DNA of 64,000 nt from a virus (Duplodnaviria > Caudoviricetes). The translations under genes and the position numbers were made by a program. Position 1 is the first letter of the stretch; each line of letters starts with the position of its first letter. Positions 46,834 to 56,783 of this stretch are shown here, piece after piece. The stretch lies in IMG/VR virus record IMGVR_UViG_2791355419_000001, positions 1,323 to 65,322 of that record; one strand, given 5' to 3'. The notes beneath the pieces were generated by a model that worked only from the letters and a program-made list of their open reading frames with translations, searched no databases and had not been told where the DNA came from.

Positions 46834-47820
46834 ATGGCGATCGGATCTGGCCTCGGCGCCCAGCTGGGCATCGCGGCCGAGTCGACTTACGGCACGTTCG
46901 TGGCGCCGAGCAAGTTCATGGAGTTCACCAAGGAGTCACTGCAGCTGAAGAAGACGACGGCACAGTCGGCAGGCATCGCGGCCGGGCGCCTGCTGGCGCT
47001 GTCGTCGCGGCGGGTGCTCACCCGTAAGGAAGTCCAGGGCTCCATCGACCTCGAGGTCACCAACAAGGGCATGGGTCTGCTGCTGCAGGCCCTCATGGGC
47101 ACGTCGGTGACGCCGGTGCAGCAGGGCGCGACGACGGCCCACCTGCAGACGCACACGCTGGCCGACACGGCGGGCAAGTCGTTGACGATCCAGAAGGGCG
47201 TGCCGCTCACCACCGGGACGGTCACGGACAAGACGTTCGTCGGCTGCAAGATCACGTCGGGTGAGTTCTCGTGCGGCGTGGGCGAGATGCTCACCAGCAC
47301 GATCGAGATCGACGGCAAGGACTGCGACGAGAGCCAGGCCCTGGCGGTCGCGTCGTACTCCAACATGAGCCCGTTCCACTTCGGGCAGATGGCGCTGAAG
47401 ACCGGCACCTTCGGCGCGGAGGCTGCTCTCGACGGCATCCGCAAGGTGACCTGCAAGATTGAGAGGCCGCAGGACGTCGAGCGGTTCTACGCGAACCAGT
47501 CGTCGCTGAAAAAGGAACCCATCAGCAACGACCTCGTCAAGATCACGGGCAGCCTTGAGTCGGACTACGTCGCGACGACGCTGGACGACCTGCACACCTC
47601 CGATGGCGCGACCAGCCTGGTGTGGGAGTTCGTCGGCCCGCTCATCGCCGCGACCTTCTTCGAGACGTTCCGGATCACCCTTCCCGCGGTCAAGCTCGAC
47701 GAGGGCCCGCCGGTCGTCGACGGCTTCGGCGTCGTCAAGCCCACCTTCAACTACACCGGCCTGTACGACGGCACGAACATGCCGCGCATCGAGTACATCT
47801 CGACCGACGTCTCCCTGTGA
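46834..47820 (+). CDS. Major tail tube protein
   Basis: GLGAQLGIAAESTYGT, SLTIQKG, FVGCKI; position. Confidence 0.85.
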   Translation: MAIGSGLGAQLGIAAESTYGTFVAPSKFMEFTKESLQLKKTTAQSAGIAAGRLLALSSRRVLTRKEVQGSIDLEVTNKGMGLLLQALMGTSVTPVQQGATTAHLQTHTLADTAGKSLTIQKGVPLTTGTVTDKTFVGCKITSGEFSCGVGEMLTSTIEIDGKDCDESQALAVASYSNMSPFHFGQMALKTGTFGAEAALDGIRKVTCKIERPQDVERFYANQSSLKKEPISNDLVKITGSLESDYVATTLDDLHTSDGATSLVWEFVGPLIAATFFETFRITLPAVKLDEGPPVVDGFGVVKPTFNYTGLYDGTNMPRIEYISTDVSL

Positions 47821-47827
47821 GCCTGGC

Positions 47828-48337
47828 ATGACCCGCGATGTGCGGATCCTCAACACCGGCAGCCTGCTCGAACTCCAGCGGAGACTGCGGGCTGCCGGCG
47901 GGGAGAACATCCGCTCCAGCATGCAGCGCCGCATCCGCCGCGCCGCCGAACCGCTGCGCGACGATCTGCAGTCCACGATGCGCGGCCTGAACATCCGCAG
48001 CCAGGGGCGTGGTACCGGCAAGCGCGGCGGGCCGTCTCCGACCACGCGCCCGCTGCGGGCGACGATCGCCGACGCGATCCGGATCAGCGTCCGCACCGGC
48101 GGCAACCCGGGCGCCACCGTCTGGGTCGACAAGGGCCGCCTGCCGCCCGACCTGAAGAACATGCCCAAGGTCATCAACGAGGGCCGCATCCGCCACCCCG
48201 TCTTCGGCAACCGCCGCCGCTGGACCAACCAGTACGCCTCACCCCCGTGGTGGGACACGACCGTCCGCCGCCACACACCCCGCATGGAACGTGAGGTGGC
48301 CCGTGTCCTCGACGACGTCCGGCGCCGCCTCGAATAG
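47828..48337 (+). CDS. Neck/tail component (HK97 gp10-like)
   Basis: Basic protein with RHPVFGNR..W..Q...WW. Confidence 0.65.
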   Translation: MTRDVRILNTGSLLELQRRLRAAGGENIRSSMQRRIRRAAEPLRDDLQSTMRGLNIRSQGRGTGKRGGPSPTTRPLRATIADAIRISVRTGGNPGATVWVDKGRLPPDLKNMPKVINEGRIRHPVFGNRRRWTNQYASPPWWDTTVRRHTPRMEREVARVLDDVRRRLE

Positions 48338-48345
48338 GAGCATCC

Positions 48346-48795
48346 GTGATCATCATTTACGCGCCGGAGGGCGAGACCGAGCAGCACTTCGATGCGGGCA
48401 AGCTGCGCGCCTCCGAGATCCAGATCGTCGAACGGACCTTGCCCGGCCGCTGGTCCGAGATCAAGGATGCGGTCAGCGAGGGCGAGATCAACGCCCTGCG
48501 TACCGTCGCCTGGGTCATCAGGAAGCGGACCGAACCCGGCTTGCGCTACGGCGACTTCGACCCGTGGGAGGGCGAGCTGCGGGCGCGCCTCGACGCCCGT
48601 GAGGTCAAGGGGTACGCCGAGGCCCTCCTCGAGAAGTACCGCGCCAACCCTGACGATCTCGCCGACGCGTGGGACGAACTGCGTGACAGCGCCTTCAACC
48701 GCGAGGACGCAGACGCCGCCATCGCCGACGTGACGGCCCCAAAAGACCCGGCCCCCGCCCCGGAGCAGGAGAGCCCAGCTTCACCGAGCGAGTAG
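48346..48795 (+). CDS. Tail assembly chaperone (short form)
   Basis: Position before tape measure; slippery C CCA AAA at 48738-48744. Confidence 0.8.
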   Translation: MIIIYAPEGETEQHFDAGKLRASEIQIVERTLPGRWSEIKDAVSEGEINALRTVAWVIRKRTEPGLRYGDFDPWEGELRARLDAREVKGYAEALLEKYRANPDDLADAWDELRDSAFNREDADAAIADVTAPKDPAPAPEQESPASPSE

Positions 48796-48941
48796 AGACC
48801 TACCTGCCCTTGTTCGGGCTCTACCTGCACTACAGCCCGGACGACGTCGACGCCCTCACCGAGGAACGCTTCGACAACCTCACCGCCTGGATCGACAACC
48901 ACGAGGCTCGGCTCCGGGCCGCCCAGTCAGGGGGTGAGTGA
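48744..48941 (+). CDS. Tail assembly chaperone -1 frameshift extension
   Basis: -1 frame open to TGA 48939-48941 overlapping tape measure ATG. Confidence 0.75.
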   Translation, partial: RPGPRPGAGEPSFTERVETYLPLFGLYLHYSPDDVDALTEERFDNLTAWIDNHEARLRAAQSGGE

Positions 48942-51900
48942 TGGCCGACCGGATGCGGTTCGTCCTCGACGGCGACGACCGGCTGACCCGCGTTCTGAAC
49001 TCGGCCGGCGACTCGGCGGCCCGCCTGCACCGTCGCCTGGCCGACGCCAGCGAGGGCGGCGCCCGGGCAATGCGCCAGTTCACCGGCGACACCAACACCC
49101 GGCTTCGGGATCTGCAGAGCCGGTTCACGTCGGCGGGAGACTCCGCGGACGGTATGGGCACCCGCATGGTGGCGGCGGCCCGGCGGCTTCTCGGCGTCGC
49201 CGACGCCAGCGTCCAGGCGCAGCGCGGTGTCGCCACGTTCACCACTGACGCGAACGGCCGGCTGCACGATCTGCGCGGCCGGTTCGTCTCGGCGTCGAAT
49301 GCCGCTCAGGCCATGGCGGGGGGAATGCCCGTGGTGGCGCGCCGCCTCGGCGATGTGGCTTCGGCGGGCGGGAATGCTGCCGGAGCCCTGGGCAGTTCCG
49401 GCGGCGGGCTCAGTGGCGTCATGCTGGGCGTGGCTGCTGCGGCCGGTGTGTCGCTGCTGCCTGCGCTCGGCGCGCTGGTGCCGATGATGGCCGGCGGTGC
49501 CCTTGCCGCTGTCACCCTCAAGTTGGGCTTCGCCGGTGTGGGCGATGCGATGGAGGCGGCGGGCAAGGGCAAGGAGGAGTACGCCGAGGCTCTCAAGAAG
49601 CTGTCTCCCGAGGCGCGTTCCTTCACCGAGGAACTCGTCGGGATGAAGAAGGAGTTCGCCGGCGTCGGCAAGGACGTCCAGAAGGCGATGCTCCCCGGCT
49701 TTACCCGGGCGTTGAAGGACGCCGCCCCGGCGGTGAAGATCCTCGGCAAGAATGCGACCGAGATGGGCGCGATGTTCGGTGAGGCAGCCGAAGGCGTCGG
49801 CCGCCTGCTCAAAGACAGCGGCTTTCAGGATGACCTGCAGACGAACCTGAAACTCGGCACCCAGTTCATGCGGGACATGACCTCCGCCATGGGCCCGTTC
49901 ACCCGAAGCCTCCTCGACTTCGGCGCCGCCTCCGGGCCGACCCTGAAGTCTTTCAGCGACGGCATCGGCGGCCTGCTCAGCAAGGGGCTGCCCGACATGT
50001 TCGACGGGCTGAAGACCGGAATCCCTGGTACGGCCCAGATGCTCGACGGGCTGTTCGACTCGGTCAACAGCCTGCTCGGCGGGATCGGCCGGCTGGGCGG
50101 CGAGGCGGGCCGCACCCTCGGCCCGCTCTTCGGCGAGACCTTCAAGGTGGGCGGCGACCTGGCGGCGGGTGCCATGGATGGCCTGCGCGGTGTCCTCGTA
50201 GTGCTGCGCCCGGTGATCAAGGATGTTGGCTTCGGGCTGAAGACAATCCGCGACGTCGGAGCGATCGTCGGGCCGACGCTGAAGGACGCCGGCCTGGGGA
50301 TCGCCTCGGCGTTCCTGCCGATCGGCGAGTCCGTAGACAGGGCGGTCGGCCCGCTGCAGAGGTTGAACCTCTGGGTCGCCGACAACAAGGTCGCCGTCCT
50401 GGAAGCGGCCCGGGTGTTCGGCGTCGCGATGATCGACATGACCAGCGCCGCGATTACTGCCGCCCCTACGATCATCGGCGGGTTCCGGCTGGCGGCGACC
50501 GGCGTGCTGACTGCGCTCGACGCCATCGTGTCCGGCGGGGCCAAGGCGTTCGGCTGGGTCCCCGGCATCGGCGACAAACTGAAGGCTGCGAACCGGGACT
50601 TCGACCGGTTCAAGGAAGGCTTCCTCAACGGCTTGTCTACGGCCGAGAAGAAGGCCAGCGACTTCGCGGCTTCGTCCGCGCCGAAGCTGGCTGCGGGCAA
50701 GCTGAAGCTGAACATCAACAACTGGCAGTCCCAGATCGAGGCTGCCAAGGCGAAGATGAAGAGCCTGCCGCCGGAGAAGCAGGCCGCGCTCAAGGCCACC
50801 ATCAGGGACCTCCAGGCCAAGGTCGACGCGGCGAAGCGGAAGCTCGGCGAGCTGAAGGACAAGACCGTCACGGGGTCGCTGCGGGACCGGGCGAGCGCGC
50901 AGGCGCGGGCGATTCAGCGGGCGATCGACGCGATCCGCGGCAAGAGCGTGGACATCTACACCGTCCGCCACACCATCAACGTCGGGGCCACTGCGGGGAG
51001 GAACAACCGCAACTACGGTGCCACGGGCGGCCTCTACACCGGGTCGGCCTCCGGCTTCAAGTACCGCGGCTACGCGCGCGGCGGCCTCGTCGACGGACCC
51101 GGTACCGAGACGTCCGACGACGTGTATGCGCCGTGGCTGTCGAAGAACGAGTTCGTCGTCAACGCCCGCCGAACCCGAGAGCACCTGCCGCTGCTCAAGG
51201 CGATCAACTCCGGCGGCCTCGCGAGCGGCTCCACGGGGTCCGGCGGGACGGCGGGCGCCGGCATGGACGCCGGGCGGGGGCTGGCCGCAGGGCTGAAGGG
51301 CTCCACCTCCCTGGTGCAGGGCGCCGCCCGCATCATGGCGGCCTCGGTCACGGCCGGTATCAGCGAGGAGTTGCAGATCTCGTCTCCGTCGAAGAAGACG
51401 AAGGCGTTGATGGCCGACGTCGGCAAGGGCATGATCGTCGGCCTGACCGGATCGCAGGCCAAGATCAAGGCCACGGCCAAGGATCTCGCTGCCGACATCT
51501 GGAAGGCGTTCGACGGCAGCAAGGACAACCGCCTGGTCGCGATGGTCAACCGGGAGACGAAGAAGCTCCTCGCCCTGGCGGCGAAGCGGGACAAGGTTGC
51601 GGCGACGATCGCCACGGCGAAGAAGTACGCCGGTGAACTCACCTCGTCGGCGCGCGAGAGCGCCGGTCTCGGCAACTTGGGGATGGAGCCCGAGCAGGTC
51701 ACTGCGGGTGGCATCAAGGCCGGGCTTGCGTCGAAGTTGTCGCAGATCCGGACGTTCACCCGGTACATCGACATCCTCGCCAAGAAGGGCCTCAACAAGG
51801 GACTGCTACGGCAGATCCTCAACATGGGCCCCGAGGCGGGATACGCCTACGCCTCGGCGCTCGTCGGCGCCGACAAGGCCACGTTCAACCAGATCAACTC

Positions 51901-52399
51901 CCTGCAGACACAGCTCGACAAGAGCACCACGAACCTCGGCAGAGTCGGCGCCGACCGCATGTACGACAGCGGCAAGAACGCCAGCAAGGGATTCCTCACA
52001 GGCCTCCTCTCCCAGGAGAAGGAGCTGGAAAAGGCCATGGAGAAGATCGCCAAGGCCATGCAGAAGAGCCTGCGCAACGCCCTGGGGATCAAGAGCCCGG
52101 CGACCAAGATGATGCCCGACGGCGAGAACACCACGAAGGGCGTGGCGGTCGGCGTCATCAAGGGGATGCCGTTCATCGACCAGGCGATGGACACCGTCGC
52201 GGGCCGGATCGCCGGGCGAACTGTCGCTGCCCCGGTCGCCAGCCGGGCGGCGGTTGTCGCTGGGCGTCGTGGCGGCGGCGATATCCACATCCACGTCGAC
52301 GGCGCGGTCGTCGACGCGCTCGGCTTCGCGCGCGCTGCCCGCGAGGCCCTGCTCGAGCTGAAGCGGACCAACGGCGGCGGCGACCTCGGTCTCGCCTGA
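48941..52399 (+). CDS. Tape measure protein
   Basis: 1152 aa Ala/Gly-rich helical protein; GGLVDGPGTETSD, ISSPSK motifs. Confidence 0.92.
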   Translation: MADRMRFVLDGDDRLTRVLNSAGDSAARLHRRLADASEGGARAMRQFTGDTNTRLRDLQSRFTSAGDSADGMGTRMVAAARRLLGVADASVQAQRGVATFTTDANGRLHDLRGRFVSASNAAQAMAGGMPVVARRLGDVASAGGNAAGALGSSGGGLSGVMLGVAAAAGVSLLPALGALVPMMAGGALAAVTLKLGFAGVGDAMEAAGKGKEEYAEALKKLSPEARSFTEELVGMKKEFAGVGKDVQKAMLPGFTRALKDAAPAVKILGKNATEMGAMFGEAAEGVGRLLKDSGFQDDLQTNLKLGTQFMRDMTSAMGPFTRSLLDFGAASGPTLKSFSDGIGGLLSKGLPDMFDGLKTGIPGTAQMLDGLFDSVNSLLGGIGRLGGEAGRTLGPLFGETFKVGGDLAAGAMDGLRGVLVVLRPVIKDVGFGLKTIRDVGAIVGPTLKDAGLGIASAFLPIGESVDRAVGPLQRLNLWVADNKVAVLEAARVFGVAMIDMTSAAITAAPTIIGGFRLAATGVLTALDAIVSGGAKAFGWVPGIGDKLKAANRDFDRFKEGFLNGLSTAEKKASDFAASSAPKLAAGKLKLNINNWQSQIEAAKAKMKSLPPEKQAALKATIRDLQAKVDAAKRKLGELKDKTVTGSLRDRASAQARAIQRAIDAIRGKSVDIYTVRHTINVGATAGRNNRNYGATGGLYTGSASGFKYRGYARGGLVDGPGTETSDDVYAPWLSKNEFVVNARRTREHLPLLKAINSGGLASGSTGSGGTAGAGMDAGRGLAAGLKGSTSLVQGAARIMAASVTAGISEELQISSPSKKTKALMADVGKGMIVGLTGSQAKIKATAKDLAADIWKAFDGSKDNRLVAMVNRETKKLLALAAKRDKVAATIATAKKYAGELTSSARESAGLGNLGMEPEQVTAGGIKAGLASKLSQIRTFTRYIDILAKKGLNKGLLRQILNMGPEAGYAYASALVGADKATFNQINSLQTQLDKSTTNLGRVGADRMYDSGKNASKGFLTGLLSQEKELEKAMEKIAKAMQKSLRNALGIKSPATKMMPDGENTTKGVAVGVIKGMPFIDQAMDTVAGRIAGRTVAAPVASRAAVVAGRRGGGDIHIHVDGAVVDALGFARAAREALLELKRTNGGGDLGLA

Positions 52400-52416
52400 A
52401 CCTGAAAGGGGGAGCC

Positions 52417-54849
52417 GTGACCACGCGCCCGATCGTCGAGGTCGCCTTCGGGCACACCCTGACCTCGCTGTCTCCCGTGCTGACGGACATCACCCAGTAC
52501 GTCGACCTGGCGCGCGGGATCGAGATCACGCGCGGTGCGGAGAACGAGCTGAGCGAGATTCAGCCCGGGACAGCCACCTTGACGCTCGACAACTCGGACG
52601 GGCGGTTCACCCCGGACCGCCCGGGCGCCAACTACCCGAACGTCAAGCAGGCCGTCCCGATCCGGATCAGCGTCGCGACGTTCACACCCCAGTCCGGCAG
52701 CAGCCCGTACCCGATCGACCAGCTGTCCGACGACTTCGACGACAACCAGGTGAACACCGCGCTGTGGCCGACCGTTTACGGTGGCGCCAGCGAGACCGGC
52801 GGCCGGTGCCGGGTGCGGCTTGACCCCGGGGTCTTCTCCGGATTCCGCACCGTCCGTCAGTGGACCCTCACTGGGTCGAAGGTCACGGCCCGGCTCATCG
52901 CAGTCCCGGCGGCGGGTGGCTCGTCGACAGCCACGGCGAGCATGTGGGTGCACTCCACTACCGCCGGGACCAGGGTCGGCTGGTCGTACAACCCGGTCAC
53001 CAACGTCCTCAGCTGTCAGAACCAGGTGTCGTTCAGTGACGGCAGCGCGGTGTCCCTCACCTACAGCGCCTACGACCACATGTGGCTACGCGTCCGCGAA
53101 GCCAGCGGCACGGTCTACTGGGAGTCCTCCCGCGATGGCGCCACCTGGACCGTGCGCCGCAGCCTCGCCACCCCCGCCTGGGTCACCAGCGAGACCTTGG
53201 ACTTCGAGTTCACCGGCACCCGCACCGGCGGCACCGGCGACTATGTCGAGTGGGACTGGCTCGGCGCGACCGTCCACCCCCGGTTCTTCGGCCTGGTCAA
53301 TCAGTGGCCGGTGGAGTGGAAGGGCCTGATGTCCACGGCCACCATCACCTGTAGCGATCTGTTCACGTGGGCCAGCCTCAACAAGCAGCTGAAGCCGATG
53401 CTTGTGCAGGAGGTCCTCGCCGACACGCCCACCGTGTACTACCCGCTGGACGAGCCGGACGGCAGCACGAGCGCCGGCGACCTGTCCGGCACCCAGAGTG
53501 TGGCGTCCCTCGCCGTGGTGCAGTCGGGGTCTGGAGGCACTCTCGCCTTCGGGGCGGGCACCGGTCCTGCTGGCGCGGGCGGGGCACCGGCGCCGGTGTT
53601 CACGCCGGCCTCGTCGACGGCAGGCAAGTATCTGTCGGCTGATCTGGGGCCCGCCTTCGTCGACGCCAACGTCTCGTTCCGGGTCCGGGCTGAGGCCTGG
53701 TTCTCCACCAGCACGAACGGCAGGGTGCTGATGGCGCTGGCGTCGGCAGACGCCTCCGTCAAGCTGATCATTCTGCTGGAGTCGGGCACCGGAAAGGTCG
53801 CGCTCGAGAAGGACCAGCTGGGCAACGGTGTGACGACGACCGTTTTCAACACCCCCAACCTCGCCGACGGCGCGCTGCATTACCTGCTGTACAACGAGTT
53901 CGCCAACGAACTCGTTGTGGACGGCACCACCTACACGGCGACGTCGTTCCAGGGCACAGATCTTCAGTTCCTGACCGTGGGCGGCTACGCCAACGCCCGG
54001 CTGTGGAACGGGACGATCGCGCACGTCGCCCTGTACGTGCGGTCGGTGACGTCTGCGGAGCTCAGCCCGCACTACACCACCGGCAGTACCGAGCACATCG
54101 GCGAGGCCGCCAACACCAGACTCTCCCGCCTCGCCACCTACGCCGGCATCACCGTGAACTTCCAGGGCAGCCGCTTCGACGCCATGGCGTCGCAGTCCGC
54201 GCTCGGCCGCAGCGCCCTGGAACACATGAAGGAGATCGAGGCCACCGAGTCGGGCAAGCTCCTGACGACCCGGAACTCGGGTCCGTTGCTGTTCCAGAGC
54301 CGCGACGTCCGCTACAACCCAGTAGCGGCGATCACGCTCGCCTACTCGGATCTCGAAACCGGCGACGTGAAGTACGCCTACGACAACCAGAAGCTGATCA
54401 ACACCGTCACGGCGAGCCGGCCGGGCGGCGCCACCCAGCGCGTGATCAACCAGGCGTCGATCAACAGCTATGGCGAGAAAGAGAAGCCGCTCGAGCTGCT
54501 GAAGAACACGGACAACGCGGCCACGGATGCGGCGAACTGGCTCGTCAGCCGGTATGCGGAGCCGGTGGCCGAAGTCCGCCAGGTCCCCGTCGAAGCGTCC
54601 AGCCTGCCGGTCGCCACCTACCGCGCCCTCCTGGACGCCGACGTGTCCACCGTGCTCGGCCTGACCGACCTGCCCGCCGAGGCACCGGCCGCCACAACGA
54701 CGGTGTTCGTCGAGGGCTATTCCGAACGGATCAGCCTCGGCCGGCACTTGCTCGACTTCCACACCTCCCGTGCCACGACCGACAACGTGTGGGTGCTCGA
54801 CGACCCCACGCACTCCGTGCTCGACTCCACCACCCGCCTCGCCTACTAG
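52417..54849 (+). CDS. Tail tip/baseplate hub protein with lectin/LamG-like inserts
   Basis: TLTLDNSDGRFTP, YYPLDE, WNGTIAHVALY, SINSYG; follows tape measure. Confidence 0.8.
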   Translation: MTTRPIVEVAFGHTLTSLSPVLTDITQYVDLARGIEITRGAENELSEIQPGTATLTLDNSDGRFTPDRPGANYPNVKQAVPIRISVATFTPQSGSSPYPIDQLSDDFDDNQVNTALWPTVYGGASETGGRCRVRLDPGVFSGFRTVRQWTLTGSKVTARLIAVPAAGGSSTATASMWVHSTTAGTRVGWSYNPVTNVLSCQNQVSFSDGSAVSLTYSAYDHMWLRVREASGTVYWESSRDGATWTVRRSLATPAWVTSETLDFEFTGTRTGGTGDYVEWDWLGATVHPRFFGLVNQWPVEWKGLMSTATITCSDLFTWASLNKQLKPMLVQEVLADTPTVYYPLDEPDGSTSAGDLSGTQSVASLAVVQSGSGGTLAFGAGTGPAGAGGAPAPVFTPASSTAGKYLSADLGPAFVDANVSFRVRAEAWFSTSTNGRVLMALASADASVKLIILLESGTGKVALEKDQLGNGVTTTVFNTPNLADGALHYLLYNEFANELVVDGTTYTATSFQGTDLQFLTVGGYANARLWNGTIAHVALYVRSVTSAELSPHYTTGSTEHIGEAANTRLSRLATYAGITVNFQGSRFDAMASQSALGRSALEHMKEIEATESGKLLTTRNSGPLLFQSRDVRYNPVAAITLAYSDLETGDVKYAYDNQKLINTVTASRPGGATQRVINQASINSYGEKEKPLELLKNTDNAATDAANWLVSRYAEPVAEVRQVPVEASSLPVATYRALLDADVSTVLGLTDLPAEAPAATTTVFVEGYSERISLGRHLLDFHTSRATTDNVWVLDDPTHSVLDSTTRLAY

Positions 54850-54858
54850 GAGCCCCGG

Positions 54859-55293
54859 ATGCCCATCGCCGTCGTGCGCGCCGAGACGTTCTACACGCCC
54901 CCGCCCTCCATGCCTCCCGACGCGTGGGCCGACGTGCCCGCCGCCGAGCTGGTGTGGCGCTGGTACGAGACCCGCATGGGACGCCGCGTCACCCCGCCGG
55001 CCGAGACGGTCGACGAGTCGTACTACGCGCGCATCAACCAGAACCGGTGGATCGCCGACTGCTCATCCTGCGGCTCGGCGGCCGTCGTCTCCCCGACCGA
55101 CCCCCGCTACGCCTGCACTGAATGCCAGTGGGGATGGTGCGCGCTGATCTTCCCCGAGGACGTCGCCGCGGTGGAGGCGGCACTGCTGCCGCTGAAGCCA
55201 GCGCTGCGGAACTGGTGGAACGACGACGACCCGAACAACCCGAACCGGCCGCAGGACCCGGTACCGGATCCCGGACCGATGGGGGAGATGTGA
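54859..55293 (+). CDS. Cys-containing tail-region protein
   Basis: ARINQNRWIADCSSC...CTEC. Confidence 0.7.
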   Translation: MPIAVVRAETFYTPPPSMPPDAWADVPAAELVWRWYETRMGRRVTPPAETVDESYYARINQNRWIADCSSCGSAAVVSPTDPRYACTECQWGWCALIFPEDVAAVEAALLPLKPALRNWWNDDDPNNPNRPQDPVPDPGPMGEM

Positions 55294-55787
55294 CGTTCGC
55301 CCCGAGGACCTTCGTCGTCGGCGAGGTCGTGTCCGCCGCGGTCATGAATCAGGAGATCCGCGACCAGTTCAACTCGATGTTCGCCGCATGGACCTCGTAC
55401 ACCCCTGTGTGGACGGCGTCCACGACGAACCCCGTCCTGGACAACGGGACCTTGATCGGCCGGTACATGAAGATCGGCCGGACCGTCTACTTCCACATCA
55501 ACCTGACCACCGGTTCGCTCACGACCTACGGCAGCGGCGTGTACTCCTTCAGCCTGCCCGTCGCGTCGGCGAACGCTGGAGCCACCATGATCGGCAACGC
55601 GCATCTGCTGGCAGGCTCCCGCTGGAACGGTCAGCTCGTCATCTCCGCCAACGCGACCACGACCAGCCCGTTCTTCCCTACGAACTCGACGACGACGTCG
55701 ACGCAGCAGCAGACCGCCACGATCCCGGCAACGCTGGCCGCCGGGCACCAGCTGCGCATGACCGGCATGTACGAAGCCGCAGCCTGA
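55290..55787 (+). CDS. Minor tail/receptor-binding protein
   Basis: PRTFVVGEVVSAAVMNQEIRDQ, WTSYTPVW, GRYMKIGRTV, FSLPV. Confidence 0.7.
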   Translation: MTFAPRTFVVGEVVSAAVMNQEIRDQFNSMFAAWTSYTPVWTASTTNPVLDNGTLIGRYMKIGRTVYFHINLTTGSLTTYGSGVYSFSLPVASANAGATMIGNAHLLAGSRWNGQLVISANATTTSPFFPTNSTTTSTQQQTATIPATLAAGHQLRMTGMYEAAA

Positions 55788-55802
55788 CCCGCCCACCCAA
55801 TT

Positions 55803-55832
55803 CGCCCCGCGCCGACGGCTGGGGCTTCTCTC
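55803..55832 (+). terminator. Hairpin between tail and lysis genes
   Basis: GCCCC...GGGGC followed by TTCTCT. Confidence 0.4.
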
Positions 55833-55847
55833 ATCTCTGGAGATGTC

Positions 55848-56783
55848 TTGGCTACTCCACTGTCCGCGGCCGTGTTCCTGGCCCGACTGCGCGCCGAGGG
55901 CGTGAAGGTCCAGGAACACGGCGACTGGCCGCACCACAACCGCAACAGCAAGGGCGCCTGGGGCCCGGTGCACGGCGTGATGATCCACCACACCGTCACC
56001 AAGGGATCCGCCCGCACGGTCGACATCTGCCGCAAGGGATACGCGGACCTGCCGGGCCCGCTGTGCCACGGCGTCATCACCAAGGACGGCACCGTCCACC
56101 TCATCGGCTACGGCCGCGCCAACCACGCCGGCCTCGGCGACGACGACGTCCTGCGCGCCGTCATCGGCGACAAGGTGGTGCCCGGCGACAACGAGGCGAA
56201 CACCGACGGCAACCGGCACTTCTACGGCTTCGAGTGCGAAAACCTCGGCGACGGCGAAGACCCGTGGCCGGCAGCCCAGATGGAGGCGATCGAGAAGGCG
56301 GCGGCGGCGATCTGCCGTCACCACGGGTGGACGGAGCGGTCGGTCATCGGCCATCTGGAGTGGCAGCCGGGGAAGGTAGACCCGCGCGGCTTCACCATGG
56401 CGTCGATGCGCGCCCGGATCCAGGAGCGCCTCGACACGAAGACCTCCGACACGCCCGCGAAGCCCGCCGCGCCGAAGCCGCTCCCCAAGCCGCAGAAGCC
56501 GACCGTGGACCTGTCCAAGCTGGTCGCCGCCGCCCGCTCCAACCCCAAGGCGTCGGGCACACCGGTCACCTACTCCGGTGTCCGCATCGTCGAGACGGCA
56601 CTGGTGAACGCCGGGCTGCTCGCGAAGGTGTACAGCGACGGCCACTTCGGCAGCGCCACCGTCGACGCCTACGCGCGCTGGCAGCGCCGCCTCGGCTACT
56701 CGGGGAGCGCGGCGGACGGCATCCCCGGCAAGACCAGCCTCACCAAGCTCGGCGCCAAGTACGGCTTCCAGGTGATCGCGTGA
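55848..56783 (+). CDS. Endolysin, N-acetylmuramoyl-L-alanine amidase with peptidoglycan-binding domain
   Basis: IHHT, ANHAG, GFECEN, IGHLEW, KVDP; C-terminal DGHFG..T...ADGIPG. Confidence 0.92.
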   Translation: MATPLSAAVFLARLRAEGVKVQEHGDWPHHNRNSKGAWGPVHGVMIHHTVTKGSARTVDICRKGYADLPGPLCHGVITKDGTVHLIGYGRANHAGLGDDDVLRAVIGDKVVPGDNEANTDGNRHFYGFECENLGDGEDPWPAAQMEAIEKAAAAICRHHGWTERSVIGHLEWQPGKVDPRGFTMASMRARIQERLDTKTSDTPAKPAAPKPLPKPQKPTVDLSKLVAAARSNPKASGTPVTYSGVRIVETALVNAGLLAKVYSDGHFGSATVDAYARWQRRLGYSGSAADGIPGKTSLTKLGAKYGFQVIA

